Source: Phoronis australis (Eukaryota; Animalia; Phoronida). From it: DNA of 64,000 nt. The position numbers and the translations under genes were made by a program. Positions 51,101 through 59,715 of the stretch are shown here, one piece after another (position 1 is the first letter of the stretch; the number at the start of each line of letters is the position of its first letter). The stretch is from positions 66,862 to 130,861 of the forward strand of contig NMRA01000406.1 of the NCBI GenBank assembly GCA_002633005.1, given 5' to 3'. Under the pieces are notes generated by a model. It saw only the letters and a list, made by a program, of their open reading frames with translations, searched no databases and was not told where the DNA came from.

Positions 51101-54100
51101 TTTCTAATTAATAGTCGCATTTTGTCTTTCGAAAATCGGAGAATGATAAGCAGCTATAAAGTATTAATTAATTATTGTGAAATAACATAAAATTGCCAAA
51201 TTAGTAGCATGTAATACCTATTTGTGATGAACTTATTGTAGTTATACAGCTCCACAGAAATGAGCTCTGTGGCTTCCATCGGACGAGCAATGGGCCACTC
51301 AAAGGTCTGAAATGAAGAAACAAATTACAATTGCCTGTCTCCCTGCCAGCATGCTGTAAGACAATGACCTCAGGTTGAGTGTCATTAGATTCCTTTGACA
51401 GTTGACTACCTTCCCTGGAAGACCAAGATTTGTGGGATTTTCTGAGGAGCTGACATCTGTTGGTGACTATGGTAACCTAAGAGATCACCCACAGTGTAGG
51501 CAAAAGATCTGCATATAGCTCATCATGTTTTAAATAATTTGGCTTGCAAAGTTCACCAGCACTGACCATTATTGTTGGAAGTACCAGATCGCACAATAGA
51601 AGATAGATAACGTAATGATGCCTGTTTAGCCAGTGATTTGCAATACCAATAAAATTGTTCATATTTCATTTGTGAAGCTTCGTCTTGATATAATAATGAG
51701 ATGCATAGAGAATGATGAAACACAATATAGCAACTGCCCACAAGCTGTGTTCCACTCACCAACAGTTGCATGGTTGGTAAATATAGATTAATATAAGCTA
51801 TCTCTCAATTATAGCTTACAAAATTCACAGTATCAGCATTTTGAATGACTAGCAACGACCAATAAGAGTATAGTTAGTTCATTTTATGAAAGAAAAAGAT
51901 AACCATTATATAAAGAATGTAAACTGAAAAATATTTTGAAAGGTGATTTTAAAATGGTGTCTGGCATGTTTACCTGATGACATCATTTCCCACATACCTC
52001 CTGTCTCCAGGAGACCAATGTGGGTACTATATTTTATCTATGTAAATTGCAATATTGCATGTTAATTAAAACTGATAAATTAAGTTACTACACTTCAATC
52101 AATGCTATATATTCCACATAAAACTTTTCATAGACCCATGTACTGCTCATAGGCAGATCCAGGGGGGTCAAAGGGTTCCAAACCCTCCCTTTTCGCTTGA
52201 TTTTAGTGATACCAAATCCGGAATTTTCGAATTGTTGGCTTGGACTCCACGTTTTAAAAAATCCTTGATTGGACTCCCTTTTAAAAAATCCTGGATCCAC
52301 CCCTGCTTCTTCAATGAAGTTCTTTAGTGTTGTCCTAAATTTGTATTTCACTCTTTAAAATGTTCCTATAAACTAGAACCATGTCAACAGAACAATTTGG
52401 TTTATTAGCTACAAAAAGTAAAATATGACAGATTCTCAAACAATGGTAATATCCTTCAAAACCAGTTGATATTAGTACCATCACACCTCCATCTTCTGAT
52501 ATATGAGTGACTCATAGGCTACACAGAATTCTTCATTACAAACAAGTGGAGGCGAGCCAGCTGGTGGTTCATACACACAGCAGCTGTGTGCATGGTAGGG
52601 CTTGCATGAACCGATGCACAGCTGCAGTTGAACTTCACTAGTGCAATTAATGCAAGTCAGAAGACAATTTCATAATTAGCCCCCCTTGTTTACTACAACA
52701 CAAGATACAATGACCATACCTCATTAATAAGTATGTCACCTTCTCCATTTGGGATAATCCGAGATAGGAGAGAGGTATCTGAAACATAGTAAAATGAGAA
52801 TCATTATAACTGCGCACCAAAACAGATGCAACAAAATATACCCAACTTTATTTTTGCATACTAGTTTCAAAACAATATACTGTAATTATCATTTGAAGTT
52901 TCAAAACATACTGGCACTGCAACACATCCAATATGGTCTACAGTCTCTTCTTCAATTTTTTCATTTCCTTATTCCCAAACCAAAAGCTCTCATTCCCATA
53001 AAACCCCAGTCTCAAATACGTGCCCCAGCGCCTGTGGAGAAGAAGGATACTTCCCGTTGCCTTGAGTTCAACAGTAAAATCTTAAATGAGTATAAGTGAT
53101 AAGATAAAGTTAATTAAAAAATCCACCAAAAAATGGTTACCAGTGAAGAATACATTAACTATAATTATGAGGTTCACTGCGTCAAAAAGTATACATTTGA
53201 ACTTATTAAAACAAGGTTGAGGCCCATCTCTTAATGATGTATAAATATAATGTTGAGCATGATTATACCGTATATGGTATTGAAGATTTCACTTAAATAG
53301 CCAAAGAAGCAAACTAAGAAGTGGTACATGGATGGCTCAGTGTGCAAGCCAACTGAATAAATTAAAACAGTCGTACTCTTCTTGTAACAACAGTATGGCT
53401 GGCCACAAATCTTTTACTGTATCCATTGGGTTAATAACTACTGGTAAAAATGTAATTGTATTTAACTTAATCATAAGTGAACAGGATCAAAGAACACTAA
53501 CAACTAAGTGATATCTGAATTTGTTGGTCAATTTCACAGGAAGGTTTATAACCTATACAATGAAATTATAGTGCCAGTGGGTTGGTGCGCCAACTATGTC
53601 AGTGTCATAATTACTAGTAAGTCTACGCAACTATAGGCAATTGTTCTTTGGCAGACTGGTCAAGAAGCCAAACTCACTATAAGACTCTAGTTTCAGGGGT
53701 TACGGATGATTTTCAACATCTGCATATTTTGAAAGTCATTATTCATTTTCACCCATTAGTCTGAACCTTGTGTGCAAGATCGGGGATGATGAAGCTAAAC
53801 TACAGCTCCAGTAACAGGCTAAACTTGAACAGACTAACCAACCTATCTCTGCTTTAGTCCAGCTATAAGGAGGTCAAACATTTCAAGGCAATGACAATAA
53901 CTGCTATAGCAGCTTTCGTAGTCCCTGATTTTCAGAATGGAGTTTTTATTCCATAATTGCCTGGTTCACAAAATCAAACAAATAACCCCACTAAACAAAA
54001 TTGCTCGTTGAAAAATCCAATGGTATCGAGACTGGAACCCAATATTTCTGCTGTGCCCATCAGCCACGTGGCACTGTCTATCACACAGTTGGCCTGAAAC

Positions 54101-56862
54101 AACTTTCAACCTGCTCGAGACCAAACAGAGGTGAGCCTAGTTAGTCCACCAACACCTGCTCTACACTGGGCACGGTTGATTATAAGTTCCTAGACACGTA
54201 ACCTGTCTGTAAATAAGTATTTAACTTACAGGTGAGGTGAATGGAACAGGGCAGGAAGTCCAAAATTGACACTCACTCGCTACTAGGCAATACGTAGTCC
54301 CTCGGCTGGCTAAACAGGGCCTGTGTATGCCTGTGGCATACAGTGCGATGCAATTCCCTAGCTAAAAAGGGATGCTTTTATAGGGCCTTCATACGCTGGA
54401 AGCTTTTCAGCGAATTATGCCTCACACTGATAAAACCATCAAATTACCTTTTGCACATAGAGGGACACCTTAGGAGGCCATCAATTTTTTTAATTCCTTC
54501 CAACTCCAACAAATACTCCAGTGATCACTTTTAGTAGTCCTTCATTAAGTTGCCCAAATCAGCAACAGACCATTTTAACAAGTTGCATGCACCAGAAGAT
54601 ATGACATCATATCTCAACGTAACTTTGATGGTTTAATAGGTGTGAAGCATAATTCGCCGAACTAAAGCTTCTGGCGTATGAAGGCCCTATGGGAGCATCA
54701 CCGTCTCTATATACTGCTCAATAGAGTAGGTGACATATGCTAGATTGCCACCGTCTAGTTGATGAAGTTCCTATAGGCGCTTCATATACGTTAGAAGCTT
54801 TTCGACGAATTATACGCCTCACACGCATGTCTAAGTCACTCTTAGTACCTTTTGCGTACTGGGACAACTTAATTAGGAGGCTGTCGCCTTCAAACTCAAA
54901 CAAATACTCTTGTGTTGGAAATTTTCGTCAAGTAGTCCTTTGTTCTGTTGCGCAAATCAGCAACTGGCCATTTTAACACTCCGGCGTGCACGGTAAATAG
55001 GAGTACGCACGACTACAGTAGTCAGTAGGCCTAGTAGTACCTTGCGAAGTAGTGTTTTATGCCATATTGCCATGCCATAGTTCAACTATGGCATAGTTGC
55101 CATCATACAGCCACTGAGTGCGACAGCGTCACTCTTTGAAGTAGTGTTCTGGCAACGTCTGCTCCTTTAACATTATTTAAGCACAAAAAAGAATTGATCG
55201 AAGTTGGTCGTGTATAATATATGACCATTAGTCAGTGTTCTACTGTTCAATCTCACCATACTAAGAAGTTCCATTTTCTAAAATGGTGTTCCGCAAACTT
55301 TATTTTACCTCCAATCGTAAAGATCAAGCAGTGGACAGGGTCGAGAACTCGACAACCGACTGCGGTCAGAAAATTTAGCCATGTCGCGTGCTCCTGTCAA
55401 ATATACCCGACACAATTTTGCACAATCTCAGGAGGCTTTGGTTTTCCAGTGAGACACTGTCGGTTTTGCCTCGACGCTGGCTGTGCGAAGACGGGGAGAG
55501 CTGCGTAGTGCCTGACTGACATCATGGTCATGAGCTCGCTCACAGCGCTAAAGTAAACCCTAGGGATTGTTGAGAGCAATGTTTCTGTCTCTTCCCCGTG
55601 GATATTCCTATGCAACACGTATACGGAATGTGCCGCTATATGGTGATTTTTTCCTCCAGTTTCTGACAAAATTCCTTGGCGCCGGGTTTCGACTGGCGTA
55701 CATGCTGTGACAAAAAGCGGGTTCACAAAAATTTGTCCAAGAAGGAGTTCGAAACTTTGCGAACGTTCTTTCCTTCAACTCAGAGTTTTTCAATAACGTT
55801 TATATTCAATAAAAATTTTGATTTCTGATTTGAAGAATATGGCATCCTTTTTATTGTTCCCGGCGGCGGGACGTAATGGATTAATAAAATTTTACTTTCT
55901 AAGAATCTTTACGAAAGAAATAATCCCGGCAGATTGTTGTGTTTCTGACGTGGAACAGATCCTACGAAAGGGTTACTCATTCATGGAAGCTATATACAAT
56001 GAATGGACCCTCTTGTTTTCGAGTCCAATCCCTAAATATGGGGTGAGCAACTTAATTTTCTGTACTGAGCTAGCTGAACTTCCGTCAAACGTGGGCCTAG
56101 TCAAATGACCCCCGGGAGTTTTGTTGGTAAATGGAAATTCTCCTATAATAAACGGGCGAGCGTAGCCTATTACTTTCTGTCTACAGTGAAACTTAGTTAA
56201 TTGTTCTATATACTTGGCAACAACAAATATCTCGCTTTTTTGGTTTCTACGGGCGTAGTTTATAGATTACTGAGGATTTATCAGGTAACAACAACGTGAG
56301 GTAGGCGAACGTTTACTTTAGGTTAGGACCCAAAGGTTATTGGATCCTAGCTTTAGGCAAACTACTGAGCCCATAGCTCTTTTCTGAGCCTAGCCAAGAG
56401 ACCTAAACTACACGGCGAGACAGACGCGCGATGCCAGATCCCATTACGTAATTCAGCTTGATATCACATACGTGTAGGACGGGGGGCGATAGCCAACCCG
56501 TTGTTGGAGAACAAAGGTTTTCGCTCTTCCCCCAAATTTAAATAATCATCTACAAGAACAAATAAGTAGCAAAAGGTTTTACTTAATTAAAAGCTTTGAC
56601 CTTTAAATACTTTTAAATTTAAAAACAAGAAGTACAGAGTTATTTTGGAATTGTTGGGTGTCGAAGTGTTATGTGAAATGGAGTGTTGAAATTCGCCATT
56701 AATGTGCTCATTGCTTACATGTCTTTCAGTTTACTTCCTCTAAAATGTTTGGTCAATGGCAATAGTACCACTCTGTTTTTTACCTCTGTACGATAGCTTG
56801 ACAATCCTGTCGTGTCGGCCTTTGACATTATCAAGTTTGTTAAGATGAAATAGCAAAGCCAT
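3101..56862 (-). CDS. OTOF: Otoferlin-like (type II ferlin) multi-exon gene, 5' part (C2A-C2B-FerI-C2C-FerB-C2D); continues beyond left edge of window
   Basis: 20 GT-AG exons with compatible phases translate collinearly with recalled human otoferlin, from MALLFHL... to ...VEVFDKDFL. Confidence 0.9.
3691..3869 (-). CDS. OTOF: Otoferlin-like C2D exon (179 nt)
   Basis: [40 protein letters not shown]. Confidence 0.93.
4205..4700. repeat. ~58-bp degenerate minisatellite
   Basis: About 8 units of CACAGTGTGCTGAGCCTGATG..CAGCTCATCAA..CACCAACAC. Confidence 0.8.
7130..8342. mobile_element. Older relative of the Tc2-like family
   Basis: 7800-8325 resembles 34450-34985; 7150-7238 is the reverse complement of 36361-36445; left end unresolved. 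Confidence 0.55.
8992..9187 (-). CDS. OTOF: Otoferlin-like FerB exon (196 nt)
   Basis: [38 protein letters not shown], similar to [38 protein letters not shown]. Confidence 0.95.
10217..10369 (-). CDS. OTOF: Otoferlin-like FerB exon (153 nt)
   Basis: [51 protein letters not shown], the FerB signature. Confidence 0.95.
10415..10660. repeat. ~39-bp degenerate minisatellite
   Basis: Recurring ACATTTCATTTTACC. Confidence 0.7.
11298..11414 (-). CDS. OTOF: Otoferlin-like exon (117 nt)
   Basis: [39 protein letters not shown]; phase 0 to 0, directly precedes PQH. Confidence 0.85.
11460..11716. repeat. 21-bp minisatellite
   Basis: About 12 AACAGAATGATGTTTCCAAGT-like units. Confidence 0.8.
11775..11978 (-). 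CDS. OTOF: Otoferlin-like helical-region exon (204 nt)
   Basis: [12 protein letters not shown]...[16 protein letters not shown], similar to EEGLNDIQEMIK...RTRLDRERLKSCMRE; donor gtgagt. Confidence 0.88.
12485..12605 (-). CDS. OTOF: Otoferlin-like exon (121 nt)
   Basis: [35 protein letters not shown], similar to [33 protein letters not shown]. Confidence 0.93.
12620..13016. repeat. 29-bp minisatellite
   Basis: TTTCATCACACATTTCCAGTCAGTATATA, near-perfect at 12800-13015 and degenerate leftwards. Confidence 0.9.
13068..15030. mobile_element. Diverged HINE-like copy interrupted by a TIR element
   Basis: Starts GCAAGAGCAAACG..AGCGTT; same GCCACTAG subrepeat units before 13790 and after 14460. 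Confidence 0.65.
13850..14400. mobile_element. TIR element (~150-bp arms) enclosing a Penelope-like GIY-YIG C-terminal fragment
   Basis: 13860-14000 is the reverse complement of 14258-14395; interior minus strand reads [38 protein letters not shown]. Confidence 0.6.
15386..15569 (-). CDS. OTOF: Otoferlin-like exon (184 nt)
   Basis: GNYGNQLDG, acidic stretch, then [12 protein letters not shown]; similar to GNYGNEVDG...SSTPPMRPQVTD. Confidence 0.9.
15638..16901. mobile_element. Complete HINE-like (Helentron-associated) non-autonomous element
   Basis: Subterminal IR ATGCGCCCACA (15663) / TGTGGGCGCAT (16886), hairpins at both ends, GGAC-type microsatellite, internal ~142-bp subrepeats. Confidence 0.75.
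18237..18345 (-). CDS. OTOF: Otoferlin-like exon (109 nt)
   Basis: [32 protein letters not shown], similar to [32 protein letters not shown]. Confidence 0.93.
22318..22835. repeat. ~122-bp tandem repeat built from ~30-bp subunits
   Basis: GGGCAGACAGGGAGGACAGAAAGAAATTACCCTGGGCAG recurring about 4 times. Confidence 0.8.
23562..24650. mobile_element. Degenerate HINE-like element, apparently split by the Tc2-like MITE
   Basis: AACAAGCGCATTGATATGTGCCCACA start; internal subrepeats with TTCATTGAAAT and AAAATGGCC. Confidence 0.5.
24657..26038. mobile_element. Tc1/mariner (Tc2/pogo-like) non-autonomous element, copy 1
   Basis: TIR CCGTATTCGCCGTAATAAC / GTTATTACGGCGAATATGG, TA on both flanks, no transposase ORF. 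Confidence 0.85.
26991..27402. mobile_element. Foldback (hairpin) MITE
   Basis: ~160-bp inverted arms (GTTTGAGTCTAATACTGGAA...TTCCAGTATTAGACTCAAAC). Confidence 0.85.
27660..27871 (-). CDS. OTOF: Otoferlin-like exon (212 nt)
   Basis: [44 protein letters not shown], a ferlin hallmark motif. Confidence 0.95.
27985..28402. repeat. ~29-bp minisatellite
   Basis: About 14 AACAATAGAACCATCTCAGCACTGTATC units. Confidence 0.85.
28514..28703 (-). CDS. OTOF: Otoferlin-like C2C exon (190 nt)
   Basis: [44 protein letters not shown]. Confidence 0.93.
28897..29083 (-). CDS. OTOF: Otoferlin-like C2C exon (187 nt)
   Basis: [33 protein letters not shown]; donor gtgagt. Confidence 0.93.
29378..29534 (-). CDS. 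OTOF: Otoferlin-like FerI exon (157 nt)
   Basis: [32 protein letters not shown], similar to [32 protein letters not shown]. Confidence 0.92.
30556..31702. mobile_element. HINE-like element
   Basis: AAAGCGTTGAAATG near start; terminal (GACA)n followed by TATAC...GTATA stem; internal subrepeats. Confidence 0.55.
32368..32482 (-). CDS. OTOF: Otoferlin-like C2B/FerI exon (115 nt)
   Basis: ...[18 protein letters not shown], similar to GTLVGSFKMDVGTVYSQP; ctctag|..G|gtagt. Confidence 0.85.
33177..33239 (-). CDS. OTOF: Otoferlin-like C2B exon (63 nt)
   Basis: [21 protein letters not shown], similar to [21 protein letters not shown]; ttttcag|..|gtaagt. Confidence 0.9.
33495..35010. mobile_element. 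Tc2/pogo-like non-autonomous element, copy 2 (opposite orientation to copy 1)
   Basis: Same TIRs and TA flanks; most of the interior is the reverse complement of 24657-26038. Confidence 0.85.
35078..35264 (-). CDS. OTOF: Otoferlin-like C2B exon, copy A (same protein as copy B)
   Basis: Similar to [46 protein letters not shown]; intact splice sites. Confidence 0.8.
36596..36782 (-). CDS. OTOF: Otoferlin-like C2B exon, copy B
   Basis: [62 protein letters not shown]; ttacag|..|gtgagg; 187 nt. Confidence 0.8.
37890..39910 (-). mobile_element. 5'-truncated, inactivated L1/Tx1-like non-LTR retrotransposon
   Basis: RT motifs LDFCKAYD and GVRQGDSLS; YADD is mutated to stop-ADD; frameshifts; C-terminal CASCG..E..NHMFVEC zf-RVT motif; AATAAA and oligo(A) tail near 37890. 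Confidence 0.9.
40304..40385. repeat. 29-bp tandem repeat, about 3 copies
   Basis: ATACTGATTATGACACCAATACTCAATCA. Confidence 0.8.
41452..41929. mobile_element. Kolobok-like MITE
   Basis: TTAA|GGTTATGTA...TACATAACC|TTAA; GG termini with a TTAA target. Confidence 0.7.
42118..42199 (-). CDS. OTOF: Candidate linker exon (82 nt)
   Basis: Strong donor AG|gtaagg but weak AAG acceptor; open, and restores the phase 2 needed by the C2B exon. Confidence 0.3.
42290..43685. repeat. 41-bp minisatellite spanning an assembly gap
   Basis: More than 20 AGTCACAGAGTATGAAGACTATCAAGTAAGACAGTACTAGT-like units; 43010-43255 recurs at 43544-43788. Confidence 0.9.
43896..44008 (-). CDS. OTOF: Candidate linker exon (113 nt)
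   Basis: ctcag|..|gtcagt; open [37 protein letters not shown]; phase 2 to 1. Confidence 0.45.
44125..44194 (-). CDS. OTOF: Candidate linker exon (70 nt)
   Basis: ttttcatag|..|gtgagt strong sites; (G)[22 protein letters not shown]; phase-compatible. Confidence 0.55.
45497..45940. mobile_element. Foldback MITE, same family as 26991
   Basis: Inverted arms CAGAAAAATTGAGTCAAATA...TATTTGACTCAATTTTTCTG; shared core CTCACGGACTTCAGCTTG. Confidence 0.85.
46117..46169 (-). CDS. OTOF: Candidate linker exon (53 nt)
   Basis: ttttcag|..G|gtaat; open in the required phase 2 ([17 protein letters not shown]); no homology support. Confidence 0.45.
46815..46984 (-). CDS. OTOF: Otoferlin-like exon 5 (end of C2A and linker)
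   Basis: [19 protein letters not shown], similar to TSLCVEVRYQATDGTVGSW; ttgcag|..|gtaaac; 170 nt. Confidence 0.85.
47195..47645 (+). repeat. Unclassified interspersed repeat, also at 35400-35800 and 36918-37340
   Basis: Shared GTCATGAAA..TTGACAT..TCAAGATTGGGCAA..GCAGGCATTGAT blocks. Confidence 0.65.
48278..49957. mobile_element. Second Kolobok-like MITE carrying a nested hAT insertion
   Basis: AAGGTCATGTAGGACC...GGTCCTACAAACCTTAA; outer parts homologous to 41452-41929. Confidence 0.65.
48453..49538 (+). mobile_element. hAT-like deletion derivative with TTF-type zinc-finger remnant
   Basis: TIR CAGGGCTTG/CAAGCCCTG with AATTG duplicated on both flanks; interior [35 protein letters not shown]. 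Confidence 0.75.
50633..50732 (-). CDS. OTOF: Otoferlin-like exon 4 (C2A)
   Basis: (R)[33 protein letters not shown]; 100 nt, AG/GT borders. Confidence 0.88.
51218..51306 (-). CDS. OTOF: Otoferlin-like exon 3 (C2A)
   Basis: [29 protein letters not shown], similar to [29 protein letters not shown]; 89 nt, AG/GT borders. Confidence 0.9.
52149..52305. mobile_element. Small PIF/Harbinger-like MITE
   Basis: GGCAGATCCAGG...CCTGGATCCACC termini. Confidence 0.5.
52720..52778 (-). CDS. OTOF: Otoferlin-like exon 2 (C2A)
   Basis: tttcag|..|gtatgg; 59 nt, phase 1 to 0; (D)[19 protein letters not shown]. Confidence 0.8.
54369..54980. mobile_element. TIR MITE (54369-54703) followed by a partial diverged copy
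   Basis: ~80-bp inverted arms (ATAGGGCCTTCATACGC/GCGTATGAAGGCCCTAT); 54765-54975 repeats the left part. Confidence 0.6.
56784..56862 (-). CDS. OTOF: Otoferlin-like coding exon 1 (C2A start)
   Basis: [26 protein letters not shown] vs recalled human [26 protein letters not shown]; 79 nt, donor G|gtaaaa. Confidence 0.9.
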
Positions 56863-59584
56863 TATATTCTTCGCTCCTGGGCTTGTTCAACCTTTTCTCT
56901 GTCATCAGTGTAACCTCATAGTAATCGTGTGAAGAGCTTATGGGATCCACCTAGATCGTTTTAAGCGCTGCTCGTTTGATCTGAAAATACATTTTTGACG
57001 CAATTTAATACAGCATAAATGAAAACTTGTAAGTTTGTTAGCCGGAGTTACACATTCAACGTCGCGAGAGTTGTCTTGTGAAATTCGTTGACAATCACAT
57101 CCGTGCAAAATGAGTCTAGGGCCCGGGGTCTAACTCGACTAATATATTGACCAGTATGGCATGCACGCTCCGACTAAACTGATTAATATTTATGCGGCTT
57201 GAGTCTTAGCGCCGGACCCATCACTTCGAAGAGTAGATCCTGGGCTCAGGTAGTTGAGGTTTCTAGTTTTTCACACGCCCAGAATATAATCTTAGTGGCA
57301 GAATACCAGCAGATGGCGAAAATAATTAAGTATTTGGTGGAACAAGTGGTGTTGGGTATCTTCCGTGTTAGGAATAGGCATAACAATCCCAGTGAAAATC
57401 CATCTAAGACCACGGTCAGTAACCTACACCCTTTAGGTACCGCCACCAGCCGTCATCGGAGGTCGTGTACAGACATTCGACTGATACCCTTTGCGATTCT
57501 CAATTGGCCCATTCCCCTTCATGGTACTGATTTTATGGCAAAAAGAATCACTGAGACCTGTAACATATAACGAGAACTACCTCGTCAACAGGTAAGTGCC
57601 GTTGACGTCTTAAATGTGAATAAAAAAATCTGGACCATACAAATGTATTTTAGATTTTAAAACCCCTCCCTTCAGATCTTTTAAATGTATTGGGCCACGA
57701 CACGAAAGTTTCTCAGTGACTTTTAACCATACATGAAATATTTTTTATGCTTAGTATTACGCGGCGTTCAGTTGGTGACAGTAGTAGATACGGGGAAGAG
57801 ATAGATCCAAGGATCTGTGTATTGAGCTATCCAGAATGATGCGCGAACTTGTTTGCGTTTTCTCGTCATACTACGTCACCGTGATAACAAGCCACAAAAT
57901 GCCGATAGTATCAGAGTGATGCTGAAAGAACCCCAACTGGAGGTGTTATTGCTTAATTAGGCTTTAAAAACGGACCACTCCGAGCAATGCGCTTTTCTTT
58001 TGGCAGAGATGTAACATAAAAAAGCGTTACCGCTGACGAAGAGAATGATGCTGGGGATGTTTAGGTTAATATATTTCACACGTATACAAGGTATCACATG
58101 TGTATTAGCAACGATAAACATTAATAAACAATCATTGTAGGTTTTTAAGTCTGAGTCACGATTGAGCTGCATTTTTAGAATTATAGTGAGATATTGAAAG
58201 ACTAGGATAGTAAGAAAAACTAAACTGACTGTTGCATAAGTGCGGTCAATCTAACGAGATACAATTTTGAGATTTAATTAAAACGGGCTGTCCCAACTAT
58301 ACTCTTGCTGGTGATAGCTTTATTTTCCTTAGAGATGCTACCTTTCACTTTCACTGTACTTCTGTAGGACTCCTCTGAAAGGTATGAGACCATACTAAAT
58401 CAAATTATAAACGTGTACGTTTTACCCAGACTGACACCTTTATTCGTTACCATAATGTTTTAAGAGATGTAACACTAAAACACATTGTCAGTGGACAACA
58501 GTACGTGTATGAATAAACCAAACGCACCAACACTTCACCAATTTTACAAAGAAAATGAACTTTTCAAGTTATTTTCATTATGCCTTTGTATACTATTGAA
58601 ATATTGGAGCACTGCACTTGACCAATACTGGGCAATTTAGGGGTACAACTTTAAACTCTAATAATCTTGTAAATGTTGAGCAACGTTCAACTTTGACCTG
58701 CCACATGCCTCAGTGAACACGAAACAACCCAATCGTGTGCTCCAATACTAGTTATATTTTCACGGGGTCCACTCAAATTGTTTCAAAAGTGTTACTGTCG
58801 AGTTTTAACGGAGAAGGGACATATGAAGCCACAATAACTGGTTGTTGGCAGACGAGCGGGACAGAGTTTGACAAAATTGATTATGTGTCTTCAATCGGCA
58901 ACTGTCTATGACCCTGTGGTGTGTCATGATTGAAACATAAATTCAACATTTGTTCAGTTTGAACATCTAAACGGTCTAGGTATTTGGGATTTAAGGTGAT
59001 TTTAAAAAAGCTCATTTTTAATGCTATTTTGACCTATTTTAATCGTTTATCTTGTTTAATGTGACCAAAAATGTTTAAACGTGTCTGTTAAAATACCTGA
59101 GACAGTATTTTTATCAATCGTGACGCATTGTACAGTTTTTTCATTTTTCTCTAAGGTACACCTGACGGAGGTTGAAAACGTTAAATCAAAATGACCTGGT
59201 GTAATTGCTCACTAAAACTTTTTTAAGTCTTCTACAACTCAGGGCAAACTTACTATGAGGGTCGTGAGTGAGAAAAGGCATGGGTATGCTTTAGTAATGC
59301 GCTCGAGTTGTCAGCATAAGCTAGGGGTTCTGCCTCTTAATTACACACGCCTCCGCCTACCTGATGAATAAGAGAGGGGGGGGGGGGGGNGACGGAGACG
59401 GGGGCAGGTGGAAATTGTGCCGATGTACTTTTGTTAGACTAGGCCCGAGAAAAAATGCGGCAGGGTTGCTGTTGATTGACGGGTAAATCAGCTCATGTTG
59501 GAAGATGAATCACCGTGCCAATTCATTAAATGAAGGTTTTGAGAGTGCCAGTGGCGGCCTGTCAATGCATACTTATAGATCTTT

Positions 59585-59715
59585 CATGGGGGGCGCAGCA
59601 CTGAAAAAAGTGGGGGCTATAACCCCCAGCTCCCCACGTGGTACACCGCCCATATACCATCGACGCCGGAGCTATGCCCCCTCCCCCCAGCCCCCTATAT
59701 GGTGCGCCGCCCATG
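59585..59715. mobile_element. Small GC-rich Harbinger-like MITE
   Basis: CATGGGGGGCGCA...TGCGCCGCCCATG termini. Confidence 0.45.

Noticed and set aside
55309-55726. Alternative candidates for ferlin exon 1 (ORF 55397-55726; segment ending ..FTIG|gt)
   Set aside because: 56784-56862 gives a far better sequence, length and phase match.
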